Assembly: GCA_043798715.1 (NCBI GenBank) | Contig: JAZDOK010000095.1 | Location: 6,284 to 70,283 of the forward strand | DNA from: a bacterium | GTDB taxonomy: Bacteria > Vulcanimicrobiota > JAZDOK01 | Direction: 5' to 3' | DNA: 64,000 nucleotides | In this document: piece by piece, positions 53,078 through 62,796 of the stretch | Position numbering within the stretch: the stretch's first letter is position 1 | Layout of the letters: each line of letters opens with the position of its first letter | Translations under genes and position numbers: made by a program | The notes under the pieces: generated by a model | The model's input: only the letters and a program-made list of their open reading frames with translations | What the model was told of the DNA's origin: nothing | The model's database searches: none

Positions 53078-54658
53078 TCAAGGCTTAAAGTCCCGGAATT
53101 TTGAACATCTGTTTACATATAGTTGGATGCCTTCCTGTTCAAACACCTTTTCATACCAGCCTCTTTTAATAATCTCCGGAAGTTGTGTGTCCCAATGAGC
53201 CTGCATCCGAAACCACTTGGAGGTCTCATCCACCAGAATAAAATCGCTGGACGGAGCAAATCCGGAGACGGCATGGAGGCGGCAGGAGAGGTGCTGAAAA
53301 ATATCGACCTGCGTGGAGACGGAGGCCTCCTTCGGAATTTTCCCGGCCAACTTAAGAACATTGCGCTGGTGGGGAGTGATTCCGGGAATTTTAAAGCCGA
53401 TTCTCAGTGGAGTATTGTTGATAAAGAGGGTGCACAGGATCGTCATGATAAAGAGAATTTTAAAAAGACGGCCAGCTCTTCCGGGCAGGCCTCCGGCGCC
53501 CCTTAAAATCGCCTGCCATGGTTTAATAAGGTTGATTCCTCTTTTAAGCTGCGGCTCAGGGACAAGCTTGCGAAAGGCGAAGACGGCCGCCGTGAAAATA
53601 AATGGAATGAGATACGCGGAGTATCGCCCTCCGGTATTACTCATGGGAGCATTCTGTGAAAGCATGTTTATGGCGAATTCCGGGATAGTCATCCAGAGAA
53701 ATCCCGGAGCAATAAAGGGTATGAAGGCCAGCGGCAAAAACATTTCAAAGAAATAGAGAACGTGGGCTTTCTCGAAAAGAATTCCCAGGACAATGGAGGG
53801 CCTGGTCAGAATGGTTTTAAGAACCTCGGGAAGACTGCTTCCCATGACTGCGTAGCGTTCGGAAAAAAAAGCGTAGCTTTTCCCCAGAGCCGGGAGGAAG
53901 AGATAAATATAGCTGTAAAGATAGAAAACGCCGACCAGAATCAGGGCACAGCCATGCAGGCGAAATTTCCAGGACTTATCTGATGTAAACGAGAGAAAAA
54001 GAATATAAATTCCGAAGAAGACAAAGATAAAGGAGGCATCTTCCTTGCAAAGGAGGACCAGCGTCATGCAAACCCAGAACGGCAGCATCTTTCTCCTGAG
54101 AAAAAAATAGACTGCAAAAGCCAGGGGCAGAACTGCGAAACTCAGTTCGTTGAACTGATCGTAGTTGATTCCATGGAGGGGATGATAGAGGAGATAGAGT
54201 ATGGCGAAAAAAAGAGGCGCTTTCTCAAAAATGATTCCTGATGTATTGGCTTTCCCCTCCTCCGGAATCCCGCCGCCTCTTTGTCCAGCGAGAATTTCCC
54301 GTGCGATGAGATAGATCGGCCAGGCCCCGAGGCCCAGCGCGCAAGTCTGCATAATCAGTAAAATGGGGACCCCGGGTCTTAAGGCGTATAAAGGGAGAAG
54401 AAGATAAAAGATCGGCGAGCAGTGTATGGCAAAATGACTGTTGCCTTCAAAGGAATTGTAAAACGGCATCCCGTATTTCAAGGCGGTATAAAAGGACTGG
54501 TTGAAGATGGAGCAATCGGGGTCACCCAGGTAGGACGAGAGGTGACGCAGTAGGCAGAGGCCGGAAAAGACAAGAATATAGACGGCGATGCAAAGTACCA
54601 GCCAGAAACCGCCGCTATTCTTTTTCACAGTGCTAAAAGATCCTCCGCAAAAATCCAA
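53078..54658 (-). CDS. DUF2079 family membrane protein (GT-C-like)
   Basis: D..IFNQ, HF..H.SPI, CKED; many TMs. Confidence 0.75.
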   Translation of the reverse strand: MDFCGGSFSTVKKNSGGFWLVLCIAVYILVFSGLCLLRHLSSYLGDPDCSIFNQSFYTALKYGMPFYNSFEGNSHFAIHCSPIFYLLLPLYALRPGVPILLIMQTCALGLGAWPIYLIAREILAGQRGGGIPEEGKANTSGIIFEKAPLFFAILYLLYHPLHGINYDQFNELSFAVLPLAFAVYFFLRRKMLPFWVCMTLVLLCKEDASFIFVFFGIYILFLSFTSDKSWKFRLHGCALILVGVFYLYSYIYLFLPALGKSYAFFSERYAVMGSSLPEVLKTILTRPSIVLGILFEKAHVLYFFEMFLPLAFIPFIAPGFLWMTIPEFAINMLSQNAPMSNTGGRYSAYLIPFIFTAAVFAFRKLVPEPQLKRGINLIKPWQAILRGAGGLPGRAGRLFKILFIMTILCTLFINNTPLRIGFKIPGITPHQRNVLKLAGKIPKEASVSTQVDIFQHLSCRLHAVSGFAPSSDFILVDETSKWFRMQAHWDTQLPEIIKRGWYEKVFEQEGIQLYVNRCSKFRDFKP

Positions 54659-54727
54659 CTATAATGAAATTTTAATTTTATTTTCGGCAATTGCCTGAAA
54701 TCCCCTGCCATTCCACCCGGAGCCTGG

Positions 54728-56305
54728 TCAGTCGCTGATGACCGCTGAGGCCGGAATCTGTACTTCAAAGAGCCGGTGAAAGGGAAAGGCAAAGGGGCCG
54801 ATGGTGATCAGGGCTGCTTTTGCCCCGTATGGATTGGGCGGCAAGGCGACCGTGAAACTGTGGCAAAGCGCTTCCGTTTCGGAGTTTCCCTCCACCGCCG
54901 TTGACGTTCCGGTCTTGTCGCCTTTCGAAATATTAAAAGAAATTCCAAGCTCCGTAAGGCACTTTACCGTCTCCAGGCCGGCTACTCTGAGTGCTTCATT
55001 TTCCTTCTCCGGAGCCATCGTTTCGAGACTGTAGGCCGGAATATTCTCCTCGCCGGCCAGGCGAAGGTGAATTCGGTCAAGGTAAATGTAGTCGGAGGAC
55101 AGGCGCTCGTACAGGAAGGCTGTCCTGACGGCGTAGCTCTCCCGGTTCGGGCAGTAGAGCGAGGCAAGACCCTCGCACAGGGCCGTTCCCACGCTGTTGG
55201 TCCCCATGCCCCAGGCGGCGTAACCGGCCAGATTCGGGAATAAGCCCTGCCGGTACAGTGCAAGGAAGAAAGAGGCGCCGTCCTGACGGCTGGAAAATTC
55301 GGCGACGGCGACAGGTTTTATCTTTACCAACTGCCCAAGGCTCTCGATGAAGCCCGCCTGGGATGAAGCATCGGCAGGGTGGTTCACCGCGAGCACCAGA
55401 TCGGCCTCATCAGGTTCATAGACGAGTTGGGCTCCCAGGACCTCCACCATGTCAATGACGACCGACATGACGGGAGTAGCGCTGTAATGGTCAATGGTAA
55501 CACGGGCCGCCGCGATGTCGCGAAATTCCGGACAAACTCTGAGTTTCTGGGGACGATGAATGTTCAGCCAGCGAATAAAAAGGACCATCGCGGATTCGTC
55601 GATTCCCAGGCGAATTCTGTCAATATCCGGCAGGATGACCTTTTTCCCTATTCCTTCGCTCTCAACGTATTCCTGCATCAGTGAAATTTCCTGCACCTGG
55701 TTTGCGATGTCGGTGGCATCGTCGCTGGAGACACTTAATAAATCTATAACTTTCTCCTTGACAAGGGCCAGCAGCGCCAGGTTTACCGCCAGGTTCCGCT
55801 CCCGGTGCTGAGCTTCTTTTCTGGGGATGCTGGTAAAAACATGAATTGCAAGTTTTGGAAACTTCTTCCTGACGGTGCGGAGCAGTTTGACGTTATTCAA
55901 GGCATCTTCCATGGAGAGGGGGCTCTGCCTTGATTCGATCAGCCCTCCATAAACAAAAGAGTCGGATGAAAGGATGAGAAGCGGACAACGTGCGTCCAGA
56001 GTTTTCATAAGCCAGAACCAGATATTCCACTGCTTCCTGTAGGTGACGTCCTCCGGGTTGATGTTCCCCATCATCTCCCTGGGCGGAAGATTCGGCGTGT
56101 ACCCGCAGATGCGTGTTATGTAGCCGACGTAGTCATAGGTCTGATTCCTGGCATCCAGCGGAAGAATTGTAACCGGCTTCGAGGTCTCCGCAGAAGCAAA
56201 AGGGGAAAAAACGACGGCCGAAAAAAAAAGGCATAGCATAACCGCCATAAAAATGGCAGTCCTTCTCCTTATATCAGTCCCTGGGTAAATTGCTCTATCT
56301 TCCAT
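54728..56305 (-). CDS. DUF4127-like exported protein
   Basis: Signal peptide; ILPLDAR, S.D..VYGGLI.SR, YAAW...NSVGTAL. Confidence 0.7.
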   Translation of the reverse strand: MEDRAIYPGTDIRRRTAIFMAVMLCLFFSAVVFSPFASAETSKPVTILPLDARNQTYDYVGYITRICGYTPNLPPREMMGNINPEDVTYRKQWNIWFWLMKTLDARCPLLILSSDSFVYGGLIESRQSPLSMEDALNNVKLLRTVRKKFPKLAIHVFTSIPRKEAQHRERNLAVNLALLALVKEKVIDLLSVSSDDATDIANQVQEISLMQEYVESEGIGKKVILPDIDRIRLGIDESAMVLFIRWLNIHRPQKLRVCPEFRDIAAARVTIDHYSATPVMSVVIDMVEVLGAQLVYEPDEADLVLAVNHPADASSQAGFIESLGQLVKIKPVAVAEFSSRQDGASFFLALYRQGLFPNLAGYAAWGMGTNSVGTALCEGLASLYCPNRESYAVRTAFLYERLSSDYIYLDRIHLRLAGEENIPAYSLETMAPEKENEALRVAGLETVKCLTELGISFNISKGDKTGTSTAVEGNSETEALCHSFTVALPPNPYGAKAALITIGPFAFPFHRLFEVQIPASAVISD

Positions 56306-56435
56306 AGTTATTAGATTTATTCATTTTGAAATGAATAAAATCCTTCATTCTTGAATGTGTTTTATTGCAATTTCATTTGCACAAACGCCCGCAATACTGT
56401 AAAATGTCTTTTAATATTCATTCAGGAGAAAACGG

Positions 56436-57443
56436 ATGATGCTTGAAAAAATCTGGAAAAAAGGGAAAGATTTTCTGGGGGTCAGGTACCCCGTCATTTC
56501 GGGGGGGATGACCTGGATCAGCAATTACGAGCTGGTGAAAGCAGTGAGCGAGGCGGGGGCTTTCCCGGTGCTGGCCGGCGGAAACATGCCTCCGGAGATA
56601 TTCGAATCCGAGGTGGATCGCTGCCTTGCGGGTCTCAAGGCCCCCTTCGCCGTCAACCTCGTCACCCTTGCCCCCAATTTCCGGGCTCACTATGAAATCG
56701 TCCGATCTAAAAAAGTTCCATTCGTGGTTTTCGCGGGGAACTTCCCCCGAAAACAGGACATCGCCGGGATGAAGAAGGCCGGGGTCCGCACCCTTTCTTT
56801 CGCCTCGGAGCGTTCCATCGCCGAGTGGCAGATAAAGATGGGGATTGACGGCCTTCTCCTCGAAGGGAGCGAGGCGGGGGGGCACATCGGCTACGTCTCC
56901 CTCATCGTGCTCCTCCAGCAGGTGCTTTTCCACTTCCGCGATTTTCCCGTCTTCGTGGCGGGCGGCCTGGGGAGCGGGCGGATGATGGCTCACCTCCTCC
57001 TCATGGGCGCGTGGGGCTGCCAGTTCGGGACCCGCTTCGTGTTGAGCGAGGAGTGCACCGCCCACCCGAACTTCAAGAAAGTCTTTCAGCAATCCCGCTC
57101 CCGCGAGGCCGTCGCCACCCCGCAGTATGACTCCAAGCTCCCGGTCGTGGCCGTGCGGGCCATCAAAAACAAGGCCCTGGAGGACTTCGGGAAGCTCCAG
57201 CTCGATCTTCTTAAAAAGCTGGAATCAGGCAAAATCTCAAAGACGAAGGCTCAGTACGAGGTAGAGAACTACTGGGTGGGCTCCCTGCGGAAGGCGGTCG
57301 TCGAGGGGGACGTGGAATGCGGCTCCCTCATGGCCGGGCAGAGCGTGGGGCTCATCCGTGACATCAAACCTATAAGCGAAATCCTGGCGGAGCTAACCCG
57401 TGACGCCGAAGATGAACTTCAGCGAGTGAAAGGGCTATTTTAG
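56436..57443 (+). CDS. FabK/nitronate monooxygenase family flavoprotein
   Basis: GGMTWIS, EGSEAGGH.G, AGG, GTRF, GSLMAGQSVG; TTGCAC-17-TAAAAT promoter at 56377-56405. Confidence 0.85.
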   Translation: MMLEKIWKKGKDFLGVRYPVISGGMTWISNYELVKAVSEAGAFPVLAGGNMPPEIFESEVDRCLAGLKAPFAVNLVTLAPNFRAHYEIVRSKKVPFVVFAGNFPRKQDIAGMKKAGVRTLSFASERSIAEWQIKMGIDGLLLEGSEAGGHIGYVSLIVLLQQVLFHFRDFPVFVAGGLGSGRMMAHLLLMGAWGCQFGTRFVLSEECTAHPNFKKVFQQSRSREAVATPQYDSKLPVVAVRAIKNKALEDFGKLQLDLLKKLESGKISKTKAQYEVENYWVGSLRKAVVEGDVECGSLMAGQSVGLIRDIKPISEILAELTRDAEDELQRVKGLF

Positions 57444-57453
57444 CTGAGAGCTT

Positions 57454-57480
57454 TTTTTTATTCCTCCTCGCCCTTGACCT
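57454..57480 (+). repeat. 27-bp direct repeat, left copy
   Basis: TTTTTTATTCCTCCTCGCCCTTGACCT identical to 59349-59375. Confidence 0.9.
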
Positions 57481-57534
57481 TGGCACCCTTGACCTCGGTT
57501 GTTGACAAAAGGCACACAAAATGGTATCATTCGA

Positions 57535-57813
57535 ATGAAGATGAAATTATTTGAATGGGATAATGATAAAAATAAAACACTTAAAAATGAACGAGGGATT
57601 TCGTTTGAAGAGGTGGTGTTTTATATCGCCAATGATTATATCCTGGACATTGTGCCTCATCCCAATCAAGATAAATATCCCGGTCAACAAATGTTCATAG
57701 TGAATATAGATAACTATGCCTATTTGGTGCCTTATATAGAAAAAGAAGAAACTGTTTTTCTTAAAACGATTATTCCTAGTCGCAAAGCAACAAAGAAATA
57801 TTTAAAAGGATGA
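57535..57813 (+). CDS. BrnT-family toxin
   Basis: FEWD.DKN..L..ERGISFEE...LKTIIPSRKAT; TTGACA-17-TATCAT promoter at 57502-57530. Confidence 0.85.
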   Translation: MKMKLFEWDNDKNKTLKNERGISFEEVVFYIANDYILDIVPHPNQDKYPGQQMFIVNIDNYAYLVPYIEKEETVFLKTIIPSRKATKKYLKG

Positions 57814-58091
57814 TGAATATGAAATTAAATAAGGAAGAAAATGAAATTCTTAAAGCCTATGAAAAAGGGGATTTCTCTTCTATTCCTAATGTTAAACGAG
57901 AGGCTGCAAGGTATCGGGAATATGCCAAAACTACCTTGCAGAAGAACAAACGCATCAATATTCGCATTTCGGAACGCGATCTTGTTCACATTCAAAGAAA
58001 AGCTGTAGAGGAAGGCCTGCCTTATCAAACCTTAATATCCAGTATCTTACATAGATACATTGGCGGAAATTTTATTGAGAAACCCTCGTGA
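57810..58091 (+). CDS. BrnA-like antitoxin
   Basis: K.KRINIR...KA.EEGLPYQTLISSILHRY; ATGA overlap with the toxin. Confidence 0.85.
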   Translation: MMNMKLNKEENEILKAYEKGDFSSIPNVKREAARYREYAKTTLQKNKRINIRISERDLVHIQRKAVEEGLPYQTLISSILHRYIGGNFIEKPS

Positions 58092-58093
58092 AG

Positions 58094-58136
58094 CTCTAAC
58101 AACTCATTCGAGCGGACAAAGGATGGATCAGCTCAA
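58094..58136 (+). mobile_element. Degenerate attC remnant
   Basis: CTCTAAC-aactca-TTCGAGCGGAC...GCTCAA; the R' GTT end is absent. Confidence 0.5.
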
Positions 58137-58162
58137 ACGCGGAATCTACAATAAAGTACTAG

Positions 58163-58356
58163 GATGGGGAAGGAAGTGAGTCGGTTACAAAATGTAACCG
58201 ACTGAAAATGGAAGCCGCAGACGGAAATAAATATCTGACCACCAGACCGCAGACCTCGACCCCCAGACCTCTTGGTTTAAAATAAAAATTCTGGTAAAAA
58301 GCGAGGATGGGCTTGAATTGTCGACAATCTGTCGACAGTTGAAAATTTTAGCGGCT
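58163..58356 (+). pseudogene. Two Bro-N domain gene fragments
   Basis: EGSESVTKCNRLKMEAADGNKYLT (58163-58240) and WFKIKILVKSEDGLELSTICRQLKILAA (58273-58356). Confidence 0.6.
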
Positions 58357-58557
58357 TGTAAATGGGGTCAACAGACATTGGAATAGTCTTCACTTTACAA
58401 GAATTTAATCCAGGTTTACAAATGAAGGAAGTTTAGGTGGTATGAGACGAGTTGGATGGTAATAAATAGAGAGATATAGAGACTACACCATACATCTCAA
58501 AGCCAATTTAGAAAAAAAGACCTATTCCATCTAATAAGGAGTTGGGACAGAGGAGAG

Positions 58558-58962
58558 ATGATGGGGATAAGGATCAACTACCGGAAAATCGCGTTCGATG
58601 CCTACGGCCCTCTGTGTGCCCACTGCGGATTCGGCATTTCCGCTGTGCTGGAGGTTGCCCACATTGACGGTAATCGCCAGAACAATGACCCGAAGAATTT
58701 GATCGTGCTGTGCCCGAACTGCCACAAGATGCACGACCTTGACCTGATCTCAACCGAGACAATCATCCAGATGCGAGACCGACCGAAGATCGTGAAATGG
58801 GCCAAACGGATGAAGGACGCCGGAAAGAAGGCGGCACTCACGCGAAAGCACAGTGCGGCCGGTCGCAAGGCCGCCGAGACAAGAAAGAAGAACCGGAGTC
58901 CCAACAACATACCAGACGGTATTCGTCAACCCGCGGACGATTTACCGAAACCGTCAGTGTGA
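58558..58962 (+). CDS. HNH endonuclease (gene cassette)
   Basis: CAHC...HIDGNRQNN...N..LCPNCH; basic KAA.TRK repeats. Confidence 0.85.
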   Translation: MMGIRINYRKIAFDAYGPLCAHCGFGISAVLEVAHIDGNRQNNDPKNLIVLCPNCHKMHDLDLISTETIIQMRDRPKIVKWAKRMKDAGKKAALTRKHSAAGRKAAETRKKNRSPNNIPDGIRQPADDLPKPSV

Positions 58963-58971
58963 CCGTTGGAC
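58899..58971 (+). mobile_element. attC site
   Basis: TCCCAAC...GACGGT.TTCGTC/GACGA..ACCGTC...GTTGGAC; GTCCCAAC is the exact complement of GTTGGGAC at 58541. Confidence 0.75.
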
Positions 58972-59009
58972 GGACATGAAAGGTCGACGACCTCTGCCGA
59001 TAAAATATA

Positions 59010-59099
59010 ATGCAAACAATTAGCACGATTACGACGAAAGACGGCACGCAGATCTATTACAAGGACTGGAGCACAGGACGGCCTGTGGAGTTCATACCA
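59010..59099 (+). pseudogene. Non-heme haloperoxidase-type alpha/beta hydrolase N-terminal fragment
   Basis: STITTKDGTQIYYKDW.TG.PV.F. Confidence 0.7.
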
Positions 59100-59348
59100 A
59101 GTTGCAATCCTTTGACAACCTGATAATACGCAGATTGCGCAGAAAGAAGGGGAGGAGGGGTGTTTCCCTAAGAAAGGCGTTGCGGAGGCCGAGCGGGCAC
59201 GGTGTCCCGCCTTTGGCGGGACGAGCGAGGCTGAGCACCGAGTCGCGATTTTCTCGCTGGGGAAATCGACGGCGTACTTTCGTGGGGAATACCCCCGACA
59301 GCCCCGAACCAGATAACGCTTAAACGATCATAAATAAAGCCGAAATCC

Positions 59349-59375
59349 TTTTTTATTCCTCCTCGCCCTTGACCT
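59349..59375 (+). repeat. 27-bp direct repeat, right copy (glyA-gcvT 3' end)
   Basis: Identical to 57454-57480; includes the stop codon of the fusion gene. Confidence 0.9.
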
Positions 59376-62300
59376 CGGCCGTGCGGGCAAAGGAACCGGG
59401 CCGGGGGTAGCGGTTGAGGATTATGGCCGGCTCGGCCAGGAGGACTTTGTCCCCGGGTTTTAGGCTGTCCTTGCGCTTCTCCTCGGGGGCCGTACCCTCG
59501 CGGGAGAGAATGAAGACGGAGAGGCGTTCGCCCTCATTGGCGTACTCAGTGCGGATAAAGCAAAGTCCTAGCTGGAGGCCGTCCACCGCGGCGCAGGATG
59601 TGACCTCTCCGATGGCCTCTCCCCGGCGATTGACCACGGGATCGCCTGATTTCACCACTCTTATCCCGCGGGAAAGCATCGTGAAGCGGGCCACTTTCAT
59701 CTTCCTCTTCTCAAGGCTTTCGATGAGTGGTTTTCTACCGATGAAATACGGTTTGTGGAACTTGACGAACCCGGCATAGCCGGCCTCGATGGGATTTATC
59801 CCGTGCTTCCCGGCCAGTTCGTGCCCGTAGAGCGGAAGGCCCGCCTCGGTGCGCGTGGAATCCCTTGCGCCGAGCCCCGTCGGGATGACTCCGAAGGGCT
59901 TTCCCTTTTCCAGGATGAGCCTCCAGAGCCGCGGCGCCTGGTCCGGATGGAGGTAGAGCTCAAAGGCGATATCCTCGCCGGTATAGCCCGTGCGGGAAAG
60001 AAGGACCGGGATCCCGGCCAGCTTCGTCTCAATAAACTCCGTCCGGAGCATACGCCGGATGGCCCTTTTGACCCCGGGTCCATCGGCCAGAGCCAGAATC
60101 GTGGGAAGCGAGGCCGGACCCTGAAGAGCGATGTCCAGCCGCATTTCCGTCCCGCAGGACGGATCCTTGAGATTTCGTATGACGGCTTTCCCCTCGGGCT
60201 CCTTCCAGGGATGTTCGCGGTCGATGAGAACCTCTCCTGAGTTAACGGCGAGGAGCCAGGCCAGGTCCTTTTCCGCATTGGCGGCGTTTACCACCACCAT
60301 GAAACGATCCTGTGCCCGGCAATATACCATGATGTCGTCAATCACGCCCCCGTCGGGATTTAACAGGTAGGAGTAGTGGGACTGCCCCGGTATTAGGCGT
60401 GGGACATAATTGGCCGCCACGCTGTCGAGGAAACGGGCGGCGTGTTCTCCTTCGACCTCCAGGACTCCCATGTGGGAGACGTCGAAGAGGCCGGCCGCAT
60501 TCCGCACCGCCCGGTGTTCCTCCCCGATGGAGGTGTACCAGACCGGCATTTCCCAGCCGGCGAAGGGAATGATCCTGTTCGTGAGCTTTTTGTGCTCTTC
60601 ATAGAGGACTGTTCTCCTGAGGGGAAGCTCATCCGGTTCCCATCTGAATTCTTTCTTCTTCGATTCCGGGCGGATGTCTTTAACGATTGCGTTCTGTCCC
60701 ACGAAGAAGAGCTTGGAGAGGTCGAACCAGGAAGCAAAGCCGTTTTTATAGAGCTCGACCGGGGTATTCTGAATAGGGATGTTTGCCTCCCCCGACTGCT
60801 CGGGGAGGCCAGGAGTATCTTCCTCCACGGGTTTTATCACCGCCGGGCCTTCCACCTTGGCCAGGAGATCGCTCTCCTCGAACACGATATAGCCGTCTGA
60901 TAGATATTTAAGCCACCGCACCGCCTTTACGGCGTCCCCGGAGGTGATTCGGAGAAGGAAGCGGGGGGGCTCTCCCGCCGAAGAAGACCGCTTGAGGAGG
61001 ACGCTCCCCAAAACTTTCCCAGCCGGCCCCAGCAGAAAGCAGGGGCGGGAGTCGCCGGGTGCGAGCGCGGCTACGTTTATGCTGAGGGCCCCCTGGAGCA
61101 AAAGGGCGGCCCGTTCCCCGGTCACTTCCAGGGCTGCCGTTCTCCGGGGTTCATCCGCCTGGCGGCGGGGAGCGCCAAAACGAGTAGCCAGCTTTTCCAC
61201 CCGCTCCCGGGCCTCATCCAGCACCTCCATATCCGCCTTCCCGCGGAAGACTTCGCTGCGCATGTCGAGGTAAGAAAATGTTTTGGTCTGCAGGAGAACG
61301 CCGTGGATGATGTCCGCTACTTCCTCCATCTCGGCGGGACCCATCCCACGTTGGGTTAGCCAGGTGGTTCCCAGGCGGATGGCGCTTGGGTGCGCAGCGG
61401 AAGTATCTCCGGCGATCGTGTTCTTATTGCAGGTGATCCCCGCCAGGTCCAGGAGACGGGAAGCGATCTCGCCTTTGAGAGAGACGGAGGTGGTCGTCTT
61501 TACGGCTTTAAGGTCAATCAGCAGAAGGTGCGTATCGGTGCCGCCGTAAGCCAGCTTCAAATCCCTCCTCTTCAGGGCTTCCGCCAGGGCCTGAGCGTTC
61601 TCCAGCGTGCGCCGCTGCATCTTTTTGAACTTTTCGGTGGCGGCGATTTTAAAGCAGACGGCCTTCCCGGCGATCTGGTTTATGTGTGGGCCGCCCTGCT
61701 CTCCGGGAAAGACGGCGGTATTAATCTTTTTCGCTATTTCCGGATTCGTAGACAGGATGGCCGCCCCGCGCGGCCCGCAGAGGGTCTTGTGGGTGGTGAA
61801 GGAGACAGCGTCGGCGATCCCCACCGGGGAAGGGTAGAGCCCGGCTACGACCAGACCCGCCGGGTGGGCTATGTCCACCAGAAGGTAGGCCCCCACCTCG
61901 TCGGCGATCTCCCGGAACTTCGTCCAGTCTATCGTCCAGGGATAGGCGGAGGTGCCCGCTATGATCATTTTCGGTCGAAATTCAAGCGCCAGGGCTCGAA
62001 TCTCGTCGTAGTCCAGGAGCTCCGTCCCGGGATTCACCCCGTAGGAACAGACCGAGTAGCGCTTCCCGGAACGGTTGGCCGTCCCGCCGTGAGTGAGGTG
62101 CCCCCCGTGGGCGAGGTTCATCCCCATCACCTTGTCCCCGGGCGAAAGGAAAGCCTCGTAGACGGCGTTGTTGGCCGCCGCCCCGGAGAGGGGTTGAACA
62201 TTGGGGAATATTTTTTCGGCAGGATAATCCGGCGTGGCGAAAATTTCAGCCAACCGCCGCCGGGCCACGGCCTCAATGAAATCGGCATAGTCGCATCCCT

Positions 62301-62610
62301 TGTAATAGCGCTTGTCCCCGTAGCGGCGGTAGTAGGCGAGATGACGGGGATAATCCAGCAGGGCTGCTTCGTCTTCCATCTCCATGCGCCACTGGGGGTA
62401 GCCCTCGGCATAAATGTTTGAGAAATTGGAGGCCAGGGCCTCCTGCACCGCCGGAGGGCAGATTGATTCGGAGGCAATCATTATTAACTTACGCAGCTGC
62501 CGCTCATCCTCATAATGGATGATATCAGCGATATCGGAATCGAGTGCGGATAAGTTTTCCTTGAAAAGGAAATCGGGAGCGGTTTTTTCTTCCATAACGG
62601 CGCGACTCAT
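59353..62610 (-). CDS. glyA: Serine hydroxymethyltransferase-aminomethyltransferase (GlyA-GcvT) fusion
   Basis: IASE, YAEGYP, GGHLTHG, TTHKTLCGPRG then PFAGWEMP, FDVSHMG, RTGYTGE, GLGARDS.R.EAG; start at ATG 62610 after GAGGTG. Confidence 0.92.
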   Translation of the reverse strand: MSRAVMEEKTAPDFLFKENLSALDSDIADIIHYEDERQLRKLIMIASESICPPAVQEALASNFSNIYAEGYPQWRMEMEDEAALLDYPRHLAYYRRYGDKRYYKGCDYADFIEAVARRRLAEIFATPDYPAEKIFPNVQPLSGAAANNAVYEAFLSPGDKVMGMNLAHGGHLTHGGTANRSGKRYSVCSYGVNPGTELLDYDEIRALALEFRPKMIIAGTSAYPWTIDWTKFREIADEVGAYLLVDIAHPAGLVVAGLYPSPVGIADAVSFTTHKTLCGPRGAAILSTNPEIAKKINTAVFPGEQGGPHINQIAGKAVCFKIAATEKFKKMQRRTLENAQALAEALKRRDLKLAYGGTDTHLLLIDLKAVKTTTSVSLKGEIASRLLDLAGITCNKNTIAGDTSAAHPSAIRLGTTWLTQRGMGPAEMEEVADIIHGVLLQTKTFSYLDMRSEVFRGKADMEVLDEARERVEKLATRFGAPRRQADEPRRTAALEVTGERAALLLQGALSINVAALAPGDSRPCFLLGPAGKVLGSVLLKRSSSAGEPPRFLLRITSGDAVKAVRWLKYLSDGYIVFEESDLLAKVEGPAVIKPVEEDTPGLPEQSGEANIPIQNTPVELYKNGFASWFDLSKLFFVGQNAIVKDIRPESKKKEFRWEPDELPLRRTVLYEEHKKLTNRIIPFAGWEMPVWYTSIGEEHRAVRNAAGLFDVSHMGVLEVEGEHAARFLDSVAANYVPRLIPGQSHYSYLLNPDGGVIDDIMVYCRAQDRFMVVVNAANAEKDLAWLLAVNSGEVLIDREHPWKEPEGKAVIRNLKDPSCGTEMRLDIALQGPASLPTILALADGPGVKRAIRRMLRTEFIETKLAGIPVLLSRTGYTGEDIAFELYLHPDQAPRLWRLILEKGKPFGVIPTGLGARDSTRTEAGLPLYGHELAGKHGINPIEAGYAGFVKFHKPYFIGRKPLIESLEKRKMKVARFTMLSRGIRVVKSGDPVVNRRGEAIGEVTSCAAVDGLQLGLCFIRTEYANEGERLSVFILSREGTAPEEKRKDSLKPGDKVLLAEPAIILNRYPRPGSFARTAEVKGEEE

Positions 62611-62796
62611 AAAAAACACCTCTTTATAAAATGTTTCAACCCCGCCGTTGGCGGGACTGTCAGCTGATAGCTTACAGCCGTCGTCTTTTAATTCTCTCTT
62701 CCTCTTTTTTTCCCTTGCCGACACAAAGAGATGTCGTTCGACCGAGCGCCGCAAAAGAAGGAAAATATCGGCAAAAGGTGTATTACTTGGAGAATT

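Noticed and set aside
58370-58440. Possible intI C-terminal remnant before the HNH cassette
   Set aside because: No SPLD or other integrase motif in the frames read
61390-62421. 343-aa + strand ORF
   Set aside because: Antisense shadow of glyA
62611-62790. Glycine, THF or ZTP riboswitch upstream of glyA-gcvT; N-terminal extension to 62874
   Set aside because: Hallmark motifs not found; the extension overlaps the alr start and lacks similarity
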